Positions 27,529 to 38,274 of a DNA stretch of 64,000 nt are shown here, one piece after another. Position 1 is the first letter of the stretch; each line of letters begins with the position of its first letter. Under the pieces are notes generated by a model. That model did no database searches. It worked only from the letters and a program-made list of their open reading frames with translations, and was not told the DNA's origin. This DNA comes from a virus. The stretch lies in the IMG/VR virus record IMGVR_UViG_3300045921_000191, positions 32,001 through 96,000 of that record. The stretch is one strand, 5' to 3'. The position numbers were made by a program, and so were the translations under genes.

Positions 27529-29418
27529 TCAGAACACCAGAGGTCCCGAACCAGAAAGACTTCCGACTTGATCTGGACTAGTTGATGGTTCACAGCCTCG
27601 ACAAACACACTCAAATAACACTTCGGGAAACTCAATAATGAATCTAACGACTACGCCTGCCGCTAATAACGATCTTATCAGAGATTGAGCGGCTGTTCTA
27701 GCTTCTTCTGTTCCTACTATGTAGACTGGATAATCGTCCCCTGTTACGCGAGGGAGTGTAGGTTGGTCTGAAATAAAATTTACTTTACTTCCTGGCAAGT
27801 GCTCTTTACCAAATACATAACTGGCGTCAATTAGTAGGGTGGAGTTATTAGGCCTACTGTTGTATGTAATTGGTCCTTCTTGTTTAGATCTGCCAAAGTC
27901 TAATAGTATCTTTCCACTTTGATTTGGAAAAATACTAGCATTATTAAGTACTAAGCTAGGAGATACTTGACCTTCATTTACAGTTGCGGCTAGTTCTGAA
28001 GCAATTCCAGTAACAGTGAATAACTGCCCAACAGGATCGAAAATATAAGCAGAAGGATAGTTAGTTTGGATCAAATCGGGATCTTGCTGCAATGCGGTAT
28101 CAAAAAGCAAAACCGTATTAGAGGTGCCGCCCGTGATTTGGTATTCAGAGCTGCCGACGGTAGTTCTAAGTCCGACTCGTTTGTAGTTTCCCGCAATTCC
28201 ATCAGTAAAAGCTTGCAAAAAGCTAAGTTGAGAGTTTATTTGAGCAACTATCTCTTCAGAAGTTACAGCGGATACGTTTCCAAACTCTGAATGAGTAAAG
28301 GTTACTACATAAGGTGAACCATCAATATCTAGGTTTAGAGTTGAGGAAGCGCCTAGAGCGCTAAAGTCGAATACTTCTTTTTCGGAGAAGATCTCAGTTT
28401 TGGTTTCTTTTGGATGAACGGAGCCCTTTAAGCTTCTACGAAGAACTGGAACAGAACTAGGAATCTTAATTACAACTTCGTTAGGGTTAAGCTCATATAC
28501 GGCAGCTCTTACTTCAGTCATTTTTTCTAAAGAGAAATTTAGTCTAGATGGCGAGTTTGCAGTTCCACCATGTATCTGAATGCTTCCGAGTAGTCCAGGT
28601 GTATTGGTTCTAAGGTTTAATTTATTTCCAGACAAAGGGTCCACAAACACGCTAGCAGTAATGTTCCCATTATGCTCTACGTTTGAGTTGATAAAATTAA
28701 CAAGTTCTTGAACAGAGATGTTGGTAATATCCTCGAATGCGTTTGGAATGAAACGAATCATTCGACGGTCTCGACCATTATCGACTTCATAGTCTAGCTC
28801 TAAGGGATCTACTATAGCCACTGTAGCAGCTACTGCTACTAGATTTTCAACTACTTTAGATAGAATAATCTCAGTATTTGAGACTACTGCTGAAACTTTG
28901 TAGTAGTTTTTATCAGAAAATCCGATAGGTTTTATATATTGGCCAACAGTTACTTCGCTTAAAAACGCAGAACCAACTCCGATGACTCGGTTTGAATTCT
29001 TTTTAAAAGTTGCAGTTCCAGAAAGAGTTCCTGCGGGTCCAAAATTAAAACTCTCTTCGTTACCGCTATTGATATTAGGTCTAGTAAATCCACTTCCCCA
29101 AAATACGTCTAACAATGCTATTAAAGTTTTACGAACCTGTTTAGGATAGTAAGACAGAACTGGAATTAGTTTTCTAAAGTCGGCATCTTCTATGCCAAGT
29201 TCTGGACCACGAGATACTCCAACGTTGCTAGCTAGCATGTCTAGATATCTTGCCGAAGCAGTGTCTACAAAGATTTGATCTTTAGTTTCTTTAATCTGCA
29301 CTTCTACTTCATCGTCACTTACAGCCCAAGCCTTAAGCAAGCCGCGAATCATAGTGTTCACCTCCGCTTTGTAAAGCGAGGGTAATGACTTACTCATCCT
29401 GGTAAATTTATCCGCCAT
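27529..29418 (-). CDS. Baseplate wedge protein (gpI-like)
   Basis: TASARYLDMLASNVGVSR...DADFRKLI N-terminus and LLAAGVVVRF C-terminus; follows baseplate J. Confidence 0.7.
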   Translation of the reverse strand: MADKFTRMSKSLPSLYKAEVNTMIRGLLKAWAVSDDEVEVQIKETKDQIFVDTASARYLDMLASNVGVSRGPELGIEDADFRKLIPVLSYYPKQVRKTLIALLDVFWGSGFTRPNINSGNEESFNFGPAGTLSGTATFKKNSNRVIGVGSAFLSEVTVGQYIKPIGFSDKNYYKVSAVVSNTEIILSKVVENLVAVAATVAIVDPLELDYEVDNGRDRRMIRFIPNAFEDITNISVQELVNFINSNVEHNGNITASVFVDPLSGNKLNLRTNTPGLLGSIQIHGGTANSPSRLNFSLEKMTEVRAAVYELNPNEVVIKIPSSVPVLRRSLKGSVHPKETKTEIFSEKEVFDFSALGASSTLNLDIDGSPYVVTFTHSEFGNVSAVTSEEIVAQINSQLSFLQAFTDGIAGNYKRVGLRTTVGSSEYQITGGTSNTVLLFDTALQQDPDLIQTNYPSAYIFDPVGQLFTVTGIASELAATVNEGQVSPSLVLNNASIFPNQSGKILLDFGRSKQEGPITYNSRPNNSTLLIDASYVFGKEHLPGSKVNFISDQPTLPRVTGDDYPVYIVGTEEARTAAQSLIRSLLAAGVVVRFIIEFPEVLFECVCRGCEPSTSPDQVGSLSGSGPLVF

Positions 29419-29420
29419 AT

Positions 29421-32400
29421 TTATCCAATAATCAAATCCACATCATCAAGACGGGCTAATTCGCCATCTGCGATGGTGATGTTTTCGGTATGGTTAGAAA
29501 TCTTAACGTCAAATACTCCAGGAATTCCTTGGGCTGCAAATATAATTTCAGACAATACCACGTCTTGACCAACATCCCTAGAGTTCACGTATCCAGTGAT
29601 AGCGCTTGCGATGCTGTTTGTGATTGCGCTTAGGTTAACGCCTTCCTCGGTAGTCACGTCGACGATCAACTTAATCTTGATAAGAACTGGGGAAATTACT
29701 TCAAACTGAGTTCCAGCGGCACCAAGACCAGGAAAGTTATTAGAATCTCGATCTAAACCGTCAATAGTCCACTGAGCTAATTGAATCAATCCAGTGAAAT
29801 ATTTGTAACCGTCAATACCCTCTATTTGAGTGGTAGAGAAATTTAGACCATTCAAGTCACGAATTGCCGCACTGAGTTGAGGAGTAAATCCAGAAACATC
29901 AATCGGAGTATTTGTTTCGTCGTTTAGGGAAATAGTGTAAGGGGCTGAAGTTCCTACTACGTCTACTATAAATGCTCGCTTAGAAATTCTAAAAGACGTT
30001 CCAATAACTAATGGGTTTGGAGCACTATCGGTTAAAACTATTTCTCCAGTAGCATTATTATATGCTGCCACTGTTGTAACATGTCCTGCGTTTAGTCCTG
30101 ACAAAATCTCTAGTTCTAATCCGTCAAAATATGCGGGTAGTCCAGAAATCAAAGAGGTCGCGATTAAAGTGTCGTATGGCGCTACTGCATCACCAGTGGT
30201 AATTGTAGAGTCTACCGTTAACAAGACTGGTAAACCTTTTGCTAATCCAGCTTTTGAATTGGTAGTAACGTCGTTTACTGGAGCGCCTGCAACAATGCTT
30301 TCGATAGCAATGCCGATTCTATTACCAGACCCGCCCGTAACAAATACTTTTCCAGAAGAGCCAGGAGTCTTAGTGGATAGCTGTACCAGGTCGCCTTTAA
30401 TACCAGTAGCTTCTGCTTTAGCGACTACCGATATAGTGGTAGTGTTTAGATCGTTTAACAGCGTTACCACGTTGCTCGCAGTTCTGGGAACTATAGCAAA
30501 CGTATCCCCTGCCGCGATTGTGATCGGTGCTGTTGAAGGGAATATAGAAGTCGTGGTAAATAGTCCAGTGACCCCAGTATAAGTAAGTACGTATTGAAGT
30601 GTTCCTTCATTTGCTCCACTAGTCCAATAAATCCAAAAATCGGTAAAGAAGTTTGAGGTTAAATATTTTGCGCCCAAAGCTGGAACTGCAAAAGAATTTG
30701 ACCCACCAGTAACAACCTCTTCAGCAATACTCAAAGGAACTGAAAAAGTTTTATTAGTATTGTCGCCATCGAAAATCGCAACTAGAGTTTGATCGGGTCC
30801 GAGAGTAAAGCCTAATGCTCCAACGACTCCATCTCTATCTGAGTTAGAGGAAGTTAGATATGCAGTATTAGTTTCTTGGTTGTTTTGTTCTTCGGTAGAA
30901 AAGGCAAGAACTCCATTTGCCGAACCGCCAAGAATCTGAATAGAGCCAGCATCCGTAAAATTAGTTGTGCGAAGTCTTACTTTTCCGTTAGACAGTACTT
31001 CTGAAGTACCGCCGAGTAGTTCATCATTGATGGCTGCCACAACTTCTAAAGCGAATACGTTAGTGGGATCTGCAAAATCAGAAGCGTGTACAAATTGAAC
31101 TACTTGAGACAGTATGAACCTGTCTCCTAAAGCAATAGGATTAGTAAATCCAGTAGTGGTTTGAAGCTGGCCGTTACTAGGATTATATGCGGCTACGTAG
31201 CTTACTTCTCCCAAGTTATTCCCACTGATCCATTCGATATGGAATCCAACAAAGAAATTAGTATCAAAATCAATTAAAGAAGTTGATCTGAAAGTATCAT
31301 AAGCGGCTACAAAATCTCCAGTAGTAACAGTGGCTTCGATTCCGCCATCAATTCTTACGATGAGAGATGAAGAAGCTCCTAGGATAGAAAAATCAAAAGT
31401 TTCAATAGTAGAATCTACGAACGCACGAGTATTCACGCTGCCCGCAGTTAAACTATCTCCGACGACAAGTGGGACGGCTAGTTCGATCTGACCGTTAGAT
31501 CTATTAAGAGTATAATCTTTGTTCTGGCCTTCAACTAACTCGCTAAAGTTCATTTTAGTGCCTGCAACGTTAGTGTGAGTACCGCCTCGATAAACTTCTG
31601 TAAGATATAATTGCGTATCACTTTCTATAGATTCTATTTTAGTCCACGAGCCTGTTCCGTCTAGCCCAGCTTTAATCCATTGGCCTTCTTCTAACTCGGT
31701 AGTGAATTGTGTTCCAGTTCCGCTAATAGATTTGTTGCCATAAGTTGTGGATATTTGACCAGAGATAGACTCGGCTGTGCAATAACCCATAGCTACTGCG
31801 CCAGCGCCTCCAAGAACTTGAATCTTAGAATCTGCGCTATTTTCTTTTTCAGAAAGCAAAAGCACTCTAGTACCGTTTACTGCGAGTTCGGCTGAAGACA
31901 AATTGAGTTCTGTTTGAATCCTAATCAACGCTTCCGAAGCTAATCCTTGAGCTGGGTTTGCAAAGTCGGTTGGAGCAAAACTAATTACTTCAGTTTCTAC
32001 TTTATCCCCGTTTGCTGCAATTTCCATCTGAGGAGAATTCCAAATAACTAAATCCCCAGTGCCGCCGCCAGTTGGTGCGTAATCTGTTTCTAGGATCAGT
32101 TTAAAATTATCTACTACGGTCTTAACTTTTCTATATGATGTATCTGGATCAGATGAAAACTTAACATAATCTCCTGGAGATACTATAGAAGGAAAAGGTT
32201 CAGTTCCAGCTACTAATTTAGTAACAATTCTGGAACTAGGAGTTACAGTAAAATCGTTATCAGAGGTTGTGACAACTGATGCTGAGAAATCGAAAGGTTG
32301 CGCTGCACTAATTAAGGAAGCAGTTAATCCGTCTTTATTGAGAATTTTATCATTCTTATAAAGTTTAAGAGTAAATACCTGTCGTTCTGGGAAATTTAAA

Positions 32401-33776
32401 ATAGCCTGCGCTGTGGAAGATTTATTGATTTGAATTTCTTCGTTCTTATCTGCTATAGGAGTAATAAGGAGTTTTCTTCCTGAAGCATCTGTTAAAGTTC
32501 TGGCCTCGAAGATAGTAGAGCGAGCATTAATAGCTTGCGATACTTCCGTTGCTTTAGCTGTACCTGGAATTGAAAAGTCGGATGCTAGGAAGGTAAAAGT
32601 CTCTTCGTTAGTTCCAACCCTAATAATTAGGGTCTCTCCGCCAAACAAATTAAATGGTTCGACTTTCTGAGAAATTAATTGAGCTTTTACTAAAGGGAAG
32701 TTTTGTAATTGAAAAAACTGTTCTCCTCCAGTAGCAGAAGTTATCAACGTTTCCAACCCAGTTGGGGACAAGGATGGCTCAAGGCCTCTGCCATTATCGA
32801 TATAAACTTTAGTGGGACCATCTGCCAATACAACGGGAGGAACTACGTTTGCAGACACAATGCTGCTGTTAGTCTCGCCATCGATCAAACCGATGACACC
32901 TGTCTTAATGGAACGTCCAGTTCCTCGCGAAAGAGCTTGAATAGTATCTCTAATACGGTCTCTTAAGGCTTGGTCTGATTCTTCATCCCTACCGTTTACA
33001 AAAGGTAAAGGGTTAAATACGCTAGCTCCAGTAAAAGGGGCATTTACAAAATTAGAAATTGAATTAGAAGGAACTGAGAAAGCTCCAGGATCTAGAGCAG
33101 TAACCAGTACATTGCTGACTATATTCTCTCCATCCAAAAGAACTACGGTTTGATTGAGTTCAAATAATACTTGTTCACTAAAATCGTTGGCAGGAATCTC
33201 AACTTCAGTACCAGCAGTAATAGTTCTATCTCCGAACTGGGATAAAACTACAGTTTCGTCTGTGCCGTGATCGTTCAGCAAAGCTGTATCCAATGTAATA
33301 GTCCAATAAGATGTATTATTGACTGGTGCAGAAGAATAGGCAATGGGGCCTTCAGAATTGGAAGTTCCGCGACCTAAATATACCGAACCAGAAGCAGGAA
33401 AAGTGCTAGCGTCGTCTACGTTAATTACGGTGGTTCCTGCTGTGGGACCTGGAAGGCCTGCGAATATCTTAGAAGCTATTTTAGAAAATCTAGCATCTTC
33501 GATTGTAACAAAGCCGCTATGTGGACGAGGTTGTAATCGGGTCAGACCGAATTCAGAAGCGCGAGAATCTAGATCGGCTCCCTCAGTTGTATCTAGATTG
33601 TAATTCCTGATGATATTAATCATCTGGATGTATTGTTGAAAGTCTTCTTGAGCTGCTGTTTCTAGCAAGGTAAGAATGTTAGAACCTGGATTAAAGTCAG
33701 TGATCGGAGTTTCTGCGGCAACTTTTGCTGCCATATCCGCTACGATTTGAGGGTGTGATTTTGGAGTAAAAGCCAT
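29421..33776 (-). CDS. Baseplate J-like wedge protein with large insertions (1451 aa)
   Basis: ITDFNPGS..LTLLE, GADLDSRA..FGLTR, NGRDEESDQALRDR, and C-terminal AAGTQFEV...VGQDVVLSEI....IPGVFDV. Confidence 0.85.
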   Translation of the reverse strand: MAFTPKSHPQIVADMAAKVAAETPITDFNPGSNILTLLETAAQEDFQQYIQMINIIRNYNLDTTEGADLDSRASEFGLTRLQPRPHSGFVTIEDARFSKIASKIFAGLPGPTAGTTVINVDDASTFPASGSVYLGRGTSNSEGPIAYSSAPVNNTSYWTITLDTALLNDHGTDETVVLSQFGDRTITAGTEVEIPANDFSEQVLFELNQTVVLLDGENIVSNVLVTALDPGAFSVPSNSISNFVNAPFTGASVFNPLPFVNGRDEESDQALRDRIRDTIQALSRGTGRSIKTGVIGLIDGETNSSIVSANVVPPVVLADGPTKVYIDNGRGLEPSLSPTGLETLITSATGGEQFFQLQNFPLVKAQLISQKVEPFNLFGGETLIIRVGTNEETFTFLASDFSIPGTAKATEVSQAINARSTIFEARTLTDASGRKLLITPIADKNEEIQINKSSTAQAILNFPERQVFTLKLYKNDKILNKDGLTASLISAAQPFDFSASVVTTSDNDFTVTPSSRIVTKLVAGTEPFPSIVSPGDYVKFSSDPDTSYRKVKTVVDNFKLILETDYAPTGGGTGDLVIWNSPQMEIAANGDKVETEVISFAPTDFANPAQGLASEALIRIQTELNLSSAELAVNGTRVLLLSEKENSADSKIQVLGGAGAVAMGYCTAESISGQISTTYGNKSISGTGTQFTTELEEGQWIKAGLDGTGSWTKIESIESDTQLYLTEVYRGGTHTNVAGTKMNFSELVEGQNKDYTLNRSNGQIELAVPLVVGDSLTAGSVNTRAFVDSTIETFDFSILGASSSLIVRIDGGIEATVTTGDFVAAYDTFRSTSLIDFDTNFFVGFHIEWISGNNLGEVSYVAAYNPSNGQLQTTTGFTNPIALGDRFILSQVVQFVHASDFADPTNVFALEVVAAINDELLGGTSEVLSNGKVRLRTTNFTDAGSIQILGGSANGVLAFSTEEQNNQETNTAYLTSSNSDRDGVVGALGFTLGPDQTLVAIFDGDNTNKTFSVPLSIAEEVVTGGSNSFAVPALGAKYLTSNFFTDFWIYWTSGANEGTLQYVLTYTGVTGLFTTTSIFPSTAPITIAAGDTFAIVPRTASNVVTLLNDLNTTTISVVAKAEATGIKGDLVQLSTKTPGSSGKVFVTGGSGNRIGIAIESIVAGAPVNDVTTNSKAGLAKGLPVLLTVDSTITTGDAVAPYDTLIATSLISGLPAYFDGLELEILSGLNAGHVTTVAAYNNATGEIVLTDSAPNPLVIGTSFRISKRAFIVDVVGTSAPYTISLNDETNTPIDVSGFTPQLSAAIRDLNGLNFSTTQIEGIDGYKYFTGLIQLAQWTIDGLDRDSNNFPGLGAAGTQFEVISPVLIKIKLIVDVTTEEGVNLSAITNSIASAITGYVNSRDVGQDVVLSEIIFAAQGIPGVFDVKISNHTENITIADGELARLDDVDLIIG

Positions 33777-33781
33777 ATTAT

Positions 33782-34204
33782 TTACCTAGTTACCGCAAAT
33801 TGCAAAGGAACTTCAATACCAGTGTTACTAAGTGTTACTCGCATATCCACCACGATAGTTCCTCCAAAAACTGACACGTTTACAAAAACCTTATCAAAGC
33901 GAGGATCAGTGCTAAGAGAATTCAAAATCTGCATTTTGATCTCAAAAGCGCTGAGCGTTTTCTCGCCAATCCTTAAATTAGTTCCAATCTCAGGATGATA
34001 AACCAAACCTCCTGGTTCTATTTCCAGTTTGAGTCTAACAGCTTGAGCTGCGTTTTGTCCACCAGCAATTAGCTTTAAATCTTTAAGATTGCTGATTTCT
34101 AGATCCCCGTCCTGACTGATTTTAAGATCAACTCCGAGATTCTTCTCGACTTCAGATAAGTCTTTAGTTATATTGTACTCTTTGTTTCGGATCAAGTTTG
34201 CCAT
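33782..34204 (-). CDS. Baseplate wedge gp25/GpW-like protein
   Basis: DLKLIAGGQNAAQAVRLKL.IEPG...HPEIG...LSTDPRF. Confidence 0.75.
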   Translation of the reverse strand: MANLIRNKEYNITKDLSEVEKNLGVDLKISQDGDLEISNLKDLKLIAGGQNAAQAVRLKLEIEPGGLVYHPEIGTNLRIGEKTLSAFEIKMQILNSLSTDPRFDKVFVNVSVFGGTIVVDMRVTLSNTGIEVPLQFAVTR

Positions 34205-35958
34205 TAGTCTACTCCGATCAAGAGTTTATCGCCAGGAATCTTAACGCCATCTCGACGCACCGTGTCTATATAAGGGGGTTTTAAATTGTTCAAAACAACG
34301 ATATCTACCCAACGGGCGGCATCTCCATACTCTCGTTGCGCAATACGTTCTAGGATTTCGCCTCGCTCGATTACAATCTCTCGTACTGCGGTGGGAGCTG
34401 TGAGAGATAAAGAGCCTGCAAAGGGCGCAGACGCTTTGTCAAAGGCAGTTTGAGCGTCAGATTGAAACATACCATTAGTGGCAAGTACGGCTTGTAATGA
34501 GGACTGTATCGTTTGTAAAGCTCCCAATAGAAGCATCTCTTCGTCACTAGCAACCTTTAAAGGGTTAGGCTGTGACGTGGAGACGCGGCGTACAATTTTA
34601 TCGTAATTGGGATCTCCTAGGTTAAGGGAGTCTGCTATATTTTCTGATAACGAACGTGCTTGAGTAATGACGTTTTCTACAAAAGATCTAGGTAGCGGGA
34701 CTCTGTTATCTGTTTGTATTTTATTAAGAATCTCTCTCGACTCGTTAAATTGTCCAGGAGTGAGTGCGGACGAAGAACCTGATGTAGCGTTTTGAGTTGA
34801 TAATGAAGTCGAGGAAGTTGATGAAGCCCTTGATCCAGATGCAGTGCTGCCAGTGAGAGAGAAGTTGTTTACAGAACTAGCAATTTCTCCAGCAGATTCG
34901 CGAATATCTAATACCGAGGCTTTAACGTTTCTAACCAAAATTGCTGGCAAAGACAGGGTAGTAGCTACTCCGTCCGATATGTCTTCTAGAGCAAACTGCA
35001 ATTGACGCAAAGGTCCAAGAAAGGTTTGATCAATAGCTTGTGAAAAACGTTGTAATAGTTGATTAGAAGCGCCAATCACTGCTCTAGCTTGCCTAATGGC
35101 AGCGGTAGAATTCGCAGCAACGTTTGCTATTTTATTCAATAAATCCGCTGAACTACCTTCAGATCTACCGACTCCGTCAAGGGCTGCATCTGGAGTTCCA
35201 ATAGCCTTCAGTACGATTCTATAATTATAAGTCATGGGAGACTTTGAGTTACGTTCCATAACAAACTCAAGCGGTTCCACGATCAAAGTCTGAGAATCTT
35301 TTTCATTTACAAAAATAAGAAATCGATCCCCATCAGAATCGACTTTCTCTTTTGCGTATCTAAGAAAGAATTGACGGAGGCGAATAAACTCTTCATATCC
35401 TGAAAGAGTAGAAGTACTTTGGGATAGAGACTTACCGTCCTCTACTTTAACTCCCGCTGGTTCTCTGGGAGGAGCAGTAAAGTCTGAGAAATTTGCTTGA
35501 GGAGAATTAGATCCACCGCGAGGGCCTGGCATGATACCAGTGGTCCCTTGTATAACAATGTCTTTAAATACAACACCTTCCGACTCAACAATTACCCCTT
35601 TTCGGGTGGCAGAAATATTAGTCGCGAAGATTTCTTTTTGAGAAATTGCTTGAGGAGGGATATCCAAGTAGTAGATATTTTCTTTAGGAATATTCTTACC
35701 TACAATTTTAGAGGCAGTTAGAATAGCGAAACCGTATTTAACTTTATTCTTATTTGAACCAGCATTACCAATCCAATTAGACTTCTCATAAGCTAAAGCT
35801 CCGCCAAGTTTTGGATTGAATAAAGCGACATCTTTATTGTCGTTCCTGACAGATTCGCCTTTATTGTTGCCTTTGGTTGAGCCGAGGCCAAAGATTTGCT
35901 TGATGGACGAACTGAAATCATCCACAATCTTCGTAAATGGTCCTAAACTCAAAGCCAT
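34204..35958 (-). CDS. Baseplate / tail tube initiator with a C-terminal LysM-like (gpX) domain
   Basis: C-terminal RGEILERIAQREYGDAARWVDIVVLNNL..PY....PGDKLLI. Confidence 0.7.
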   Translation of the reverse strand: MALSLGPFTKIVDDFSSSIKQIFGLGSTKGNNKGESVRNDNKDVALFNPKLGGALAYEKSNWIGNAGSNKNKVKYGFAILTASKIVGKNIPKENIYYLDIPPQAISQKEIFATNISATRKGVIVESEGVVFKDIVIQGTTGIMPGPRGGSNSPQANFSDFTAPPREPAGVKVEDGKSLSQSTSTLSGYEEFIRLRQFFLRYAKEKVDSDGDRFLIFVNEKDSQTLIVEPLEFVMERNSKSPMTYNYRIVLKAIGTPDAALDGVGRSEGSSADLLNKIANVAANSTAAIRQARAVIGASNQLLQRFSQAIDQTFLGPLRQLQFALEDISDGVATTLSLPAILVRNVKASVLDIRESAGEIASSVNNFSLTGSTASGSRASSTSSTSLSTQNATSGSSSALTPGQFNESREILNKIQTDNRVPLPRSFVENVITQARSLSENIADSLNLGDPNYDKIVRRVSTSQPNPLKVASDEEMLLLGALQTIQSSLQAVLATNGMFQSDAQTAFDKASAPFAGSLSLTAPTAVREIVIERGEILERIAQREYGDAARWVDIVVLNNLKPPYIDTVRRDGVKIPGDKLLIGVD

Positions 35959-36027
35959 GATTTTCCCTTTATTTTATAATAGTTAGACCGTTTTACGGAT
36001 CTTACTCATTTATTATAGCACTTAACC

Positions 36028-36516
36028 TTATGAGATTACACCGCTAACTACTTGAGCATTTGTCATGATGTGATTAGCGATTGCAGTACATTTTGCAATC
36101 AAAACTGGAGTCGTTCCAGGATAACCTGCGGAGGATGCTACTAAAGTCGCCATAGCTGGACCGCTTAGTCCTGAGATAGTTCCTCCTAAAAAATAACTAG
36201 GACCAGGAGGAGTCGGGCCAGTATAGGTAACTATGCCAGACCCTTGTATATGTGCAACTATTCCAGTACAATAGCCTATTAGTGTTGGAGTAGTTCCTGG
36301 GTATCCCGCATATCCTGCAATCTTAGAAGCCATACTTAGGCCTGTCATTCCCGAAATCGAGTGTGGTCCTGGGATGCCTCCAAAAGTAGCTACGCCATTC
36401 TGCGTCAATTCTTCCAATAATCCAGTGGCCCAACCCAGAACTTCTGCTGTGACATCTCCAGGATGATTTAAGGCAGTAGCAACTTCAGAAGCTAGGAGAG
36501 TTGGAGATGTTGCCAT
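36028..36516 (-). CDS. Hypothetical protein with an internal duplication
   Basis: ISGxxGxxMA....AGYPGTTPxLI..CT.I..HI occurs twice. Confidence 0.6.
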   Translation of the reverse strand: MATSPTLLASEVATALNHPGDVTAEVLGWATGLLEELTQNGVATFGGIPGPHSISGMTGLSMASKIAGYAGYPGTTPTLIGYCTGIVAHIQGSGIVTYTGPTPPGPSYFLGGTISGLSGPAMATLVASSAGYPGTTPVLIAKCTAIANHIMTNAQVVSGVIS

Positions 36517-37123
36517 TAATCCTCCGCATACTCAAAGTAATAACCTTTATGAGTCTTACGTTTTCCGTTTAAACAATTACAAACTTTTGATCGTGATAAA
36601 CCTAAAGAGTCTGAGGCATCTGCTTGCGTTTCAAACAATCCAACAAAATCTCCCTTTTCTACCACAGACTTTCTCTTGCTCTCAAATCCTCTAGCAGGAG
36701 ATACTAAAATCGCCTTAAATACTAAAATAGCTTTTCCTCCGCGTTCTCTGGAATGTTTTACTCTTGTTCCTGGAAGTTTATAATAAATATTTCTAAGAGT
36801 CTTTGATATCTTATTTTTAACTTTTTGGGTTCCAGCAAAACCATCTCCACCTAGCGATTCATTGTATCCAATTTTCATAGCATTTAGTTTCTTTATCCAA
36901 TAACACTCTCGTTTGCAGGCTTTATACCTAGAACCGTTTACTTCCTCTATAATTTTCCATTTTATATTTTCAAAACCATATTTACGAATAGCACGATGGA
37001 AGGCCGTAGTTTGTCCTTTTTCAGCTTGATACTTGTGTCCTCTCTTTCTATTGTTTAAATTTTTAGTTAATCCTATATAGAATTTCCCAGATGGAGAAGT
37101 TGCTTTGTATATTAAAATCTCAT
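36516..37123 (-). pseudogene. GIY-YIG homing endonuclease with NUMOD1-like tail, frameshifted at codon 3
   Basis: The frame upstream of ORF 36516..36878 reads LIYKATSPSGKFYIGLT...RKRGH...AIRKYGFEN...RECYWI...GYN..GGDG. The coupled ATG at 37123 reads ATG AGA TTT TAA, one T short of this frame. Confidence 0.8.
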
Positions 37124-38274
37124 AGAGAGCCTTTTATGCCATCTACTAGGCTTTTAATAGCGGATAAAGCTCCAGAGGCTGAGGACCAATCTCCTGCGGT
37201 GTCTGGAGGTGCGCTGGGATATCCGAGGTTAGATACGTGAGTATGTGTAGCTACCGTTCCAAATAAAGTAATTAACTCCTGAAGTGCGTCTGATATCTGC
37301 TGTAGTAATTCTGCACTTGAAGCTCCCAGAGCAATTTTGTCTCCAGTTATCTTCAGTTTTCCAGTGCCGTTATCTTTCAATTCGATGGTTCCAGAAGAGC
37401 CGTCTGCTAGAATTTTAGTTCCTCCAGCAGTCTGAATCAAAACCTTATCTCCAGCTCCATCACAAGTAATGACTAATCCTGATTGAAAAGTCAGAGTAGT
37501 TTTTTCTGCCGTGCCATCTAAAACTTCAACTACTTTAGCTGTTCCAGCTTTTCTAGTGATTTTTTTAGCTGGACGATCAAACTCCATCTGATTAATAAGA
37601 GTAGAACCCTCTTTTTGTTCTAAGGTAACTTTCTTAGTAACTCTGTCAACCAGTAGGGACTGGTTTTCATTATCTATGATTTTAAATCGACCTTGATTAT
37701 CGATTGTAATTTGAGTTGGTCCAGTTGGTTGACGTACAAGTTTTGTGTCTGGAGTTCGGTTACTATTATAGGTAAGAATAAGAGCGCCCTCTTTATCTAT
37801 CTCAAAAGTAAGACCCCTGAATTCAGCAATATTACGAATTCCGTCTGCTCTCTTTGCTCCATTCTTTTTAGGATGAGACAAGCTTCCGATGATTAAAGGC
37901 TTATCTATACTTGCATTTAAAAAAGCCAAAACAACAATAGTACCGTTTTTGTTTTTAAATAGATTGCTAGGATCTAGTTTTCCTTCAAAAGCAAACTCAT
38001 TAGACTCTAGGATTTGCTCTGAGAAGTCATTCACTCCACCTAACAATTCCATTTTTCGAACATTTAGGAACTTACTCTGTCCACCTTTAGCATCTCTAAC
38101 ACTAACGTCGTATTCAACATATTGCTTAGATCGATTTGCAGGATCGTCTACGAAATGGATCTTCTCGACTTGGCCGAGCATAAGTTGTGCTCCACCGTCG
38201 TAAACGGCGTCGCCATTAGGAGCTTCTTTGAAATTAAAATAACTACTTAAAATTGAACCGTCTCCAGATTTCAT
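37120..38274 (-). CDS. Baseplate central spike (gpV/gp5-like)
   Basis: N-terminal OB-fold-like region (VVLAFLN...KPLIIGSL), beta-strand repeats, and a C-terminal HTH (His-x-His) tip motif. Confidence 0.75.
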   Translation of the reverse strand: MKSGDGSILSSYFNFKEAPNGDAVYDGGAQLMLGQVEKIHFVDDPANRSKQYVEYDVSVRDAKGGQSKFLNVRKMELLGGVNDFSEQILESNEFAFEGKLDPSNLFKNKNGTIVVLAFLNASIDKPLIIGSLSHPKKNGAKRADGIRNIAEFRGLTFEIDKEGALILTYNSNRTPDTKLVRQPTGPTQITIDNQGRFKIIDNENQSLLVDRVTKKVTLEQKEGSTLINQMEFDRPAKKITRKAGTAKVVEVLDGTAEKTTLTFQSGLVITCDGAGDKVLIQTAGGTKILADGSSGTIELKDNGTGKLKITGDKIALGASSAELLQQISDALQELITLFGTVATHTHVSNLGYPSAPPDTAGDWSSASGALSAIKSLVDGIKGSL

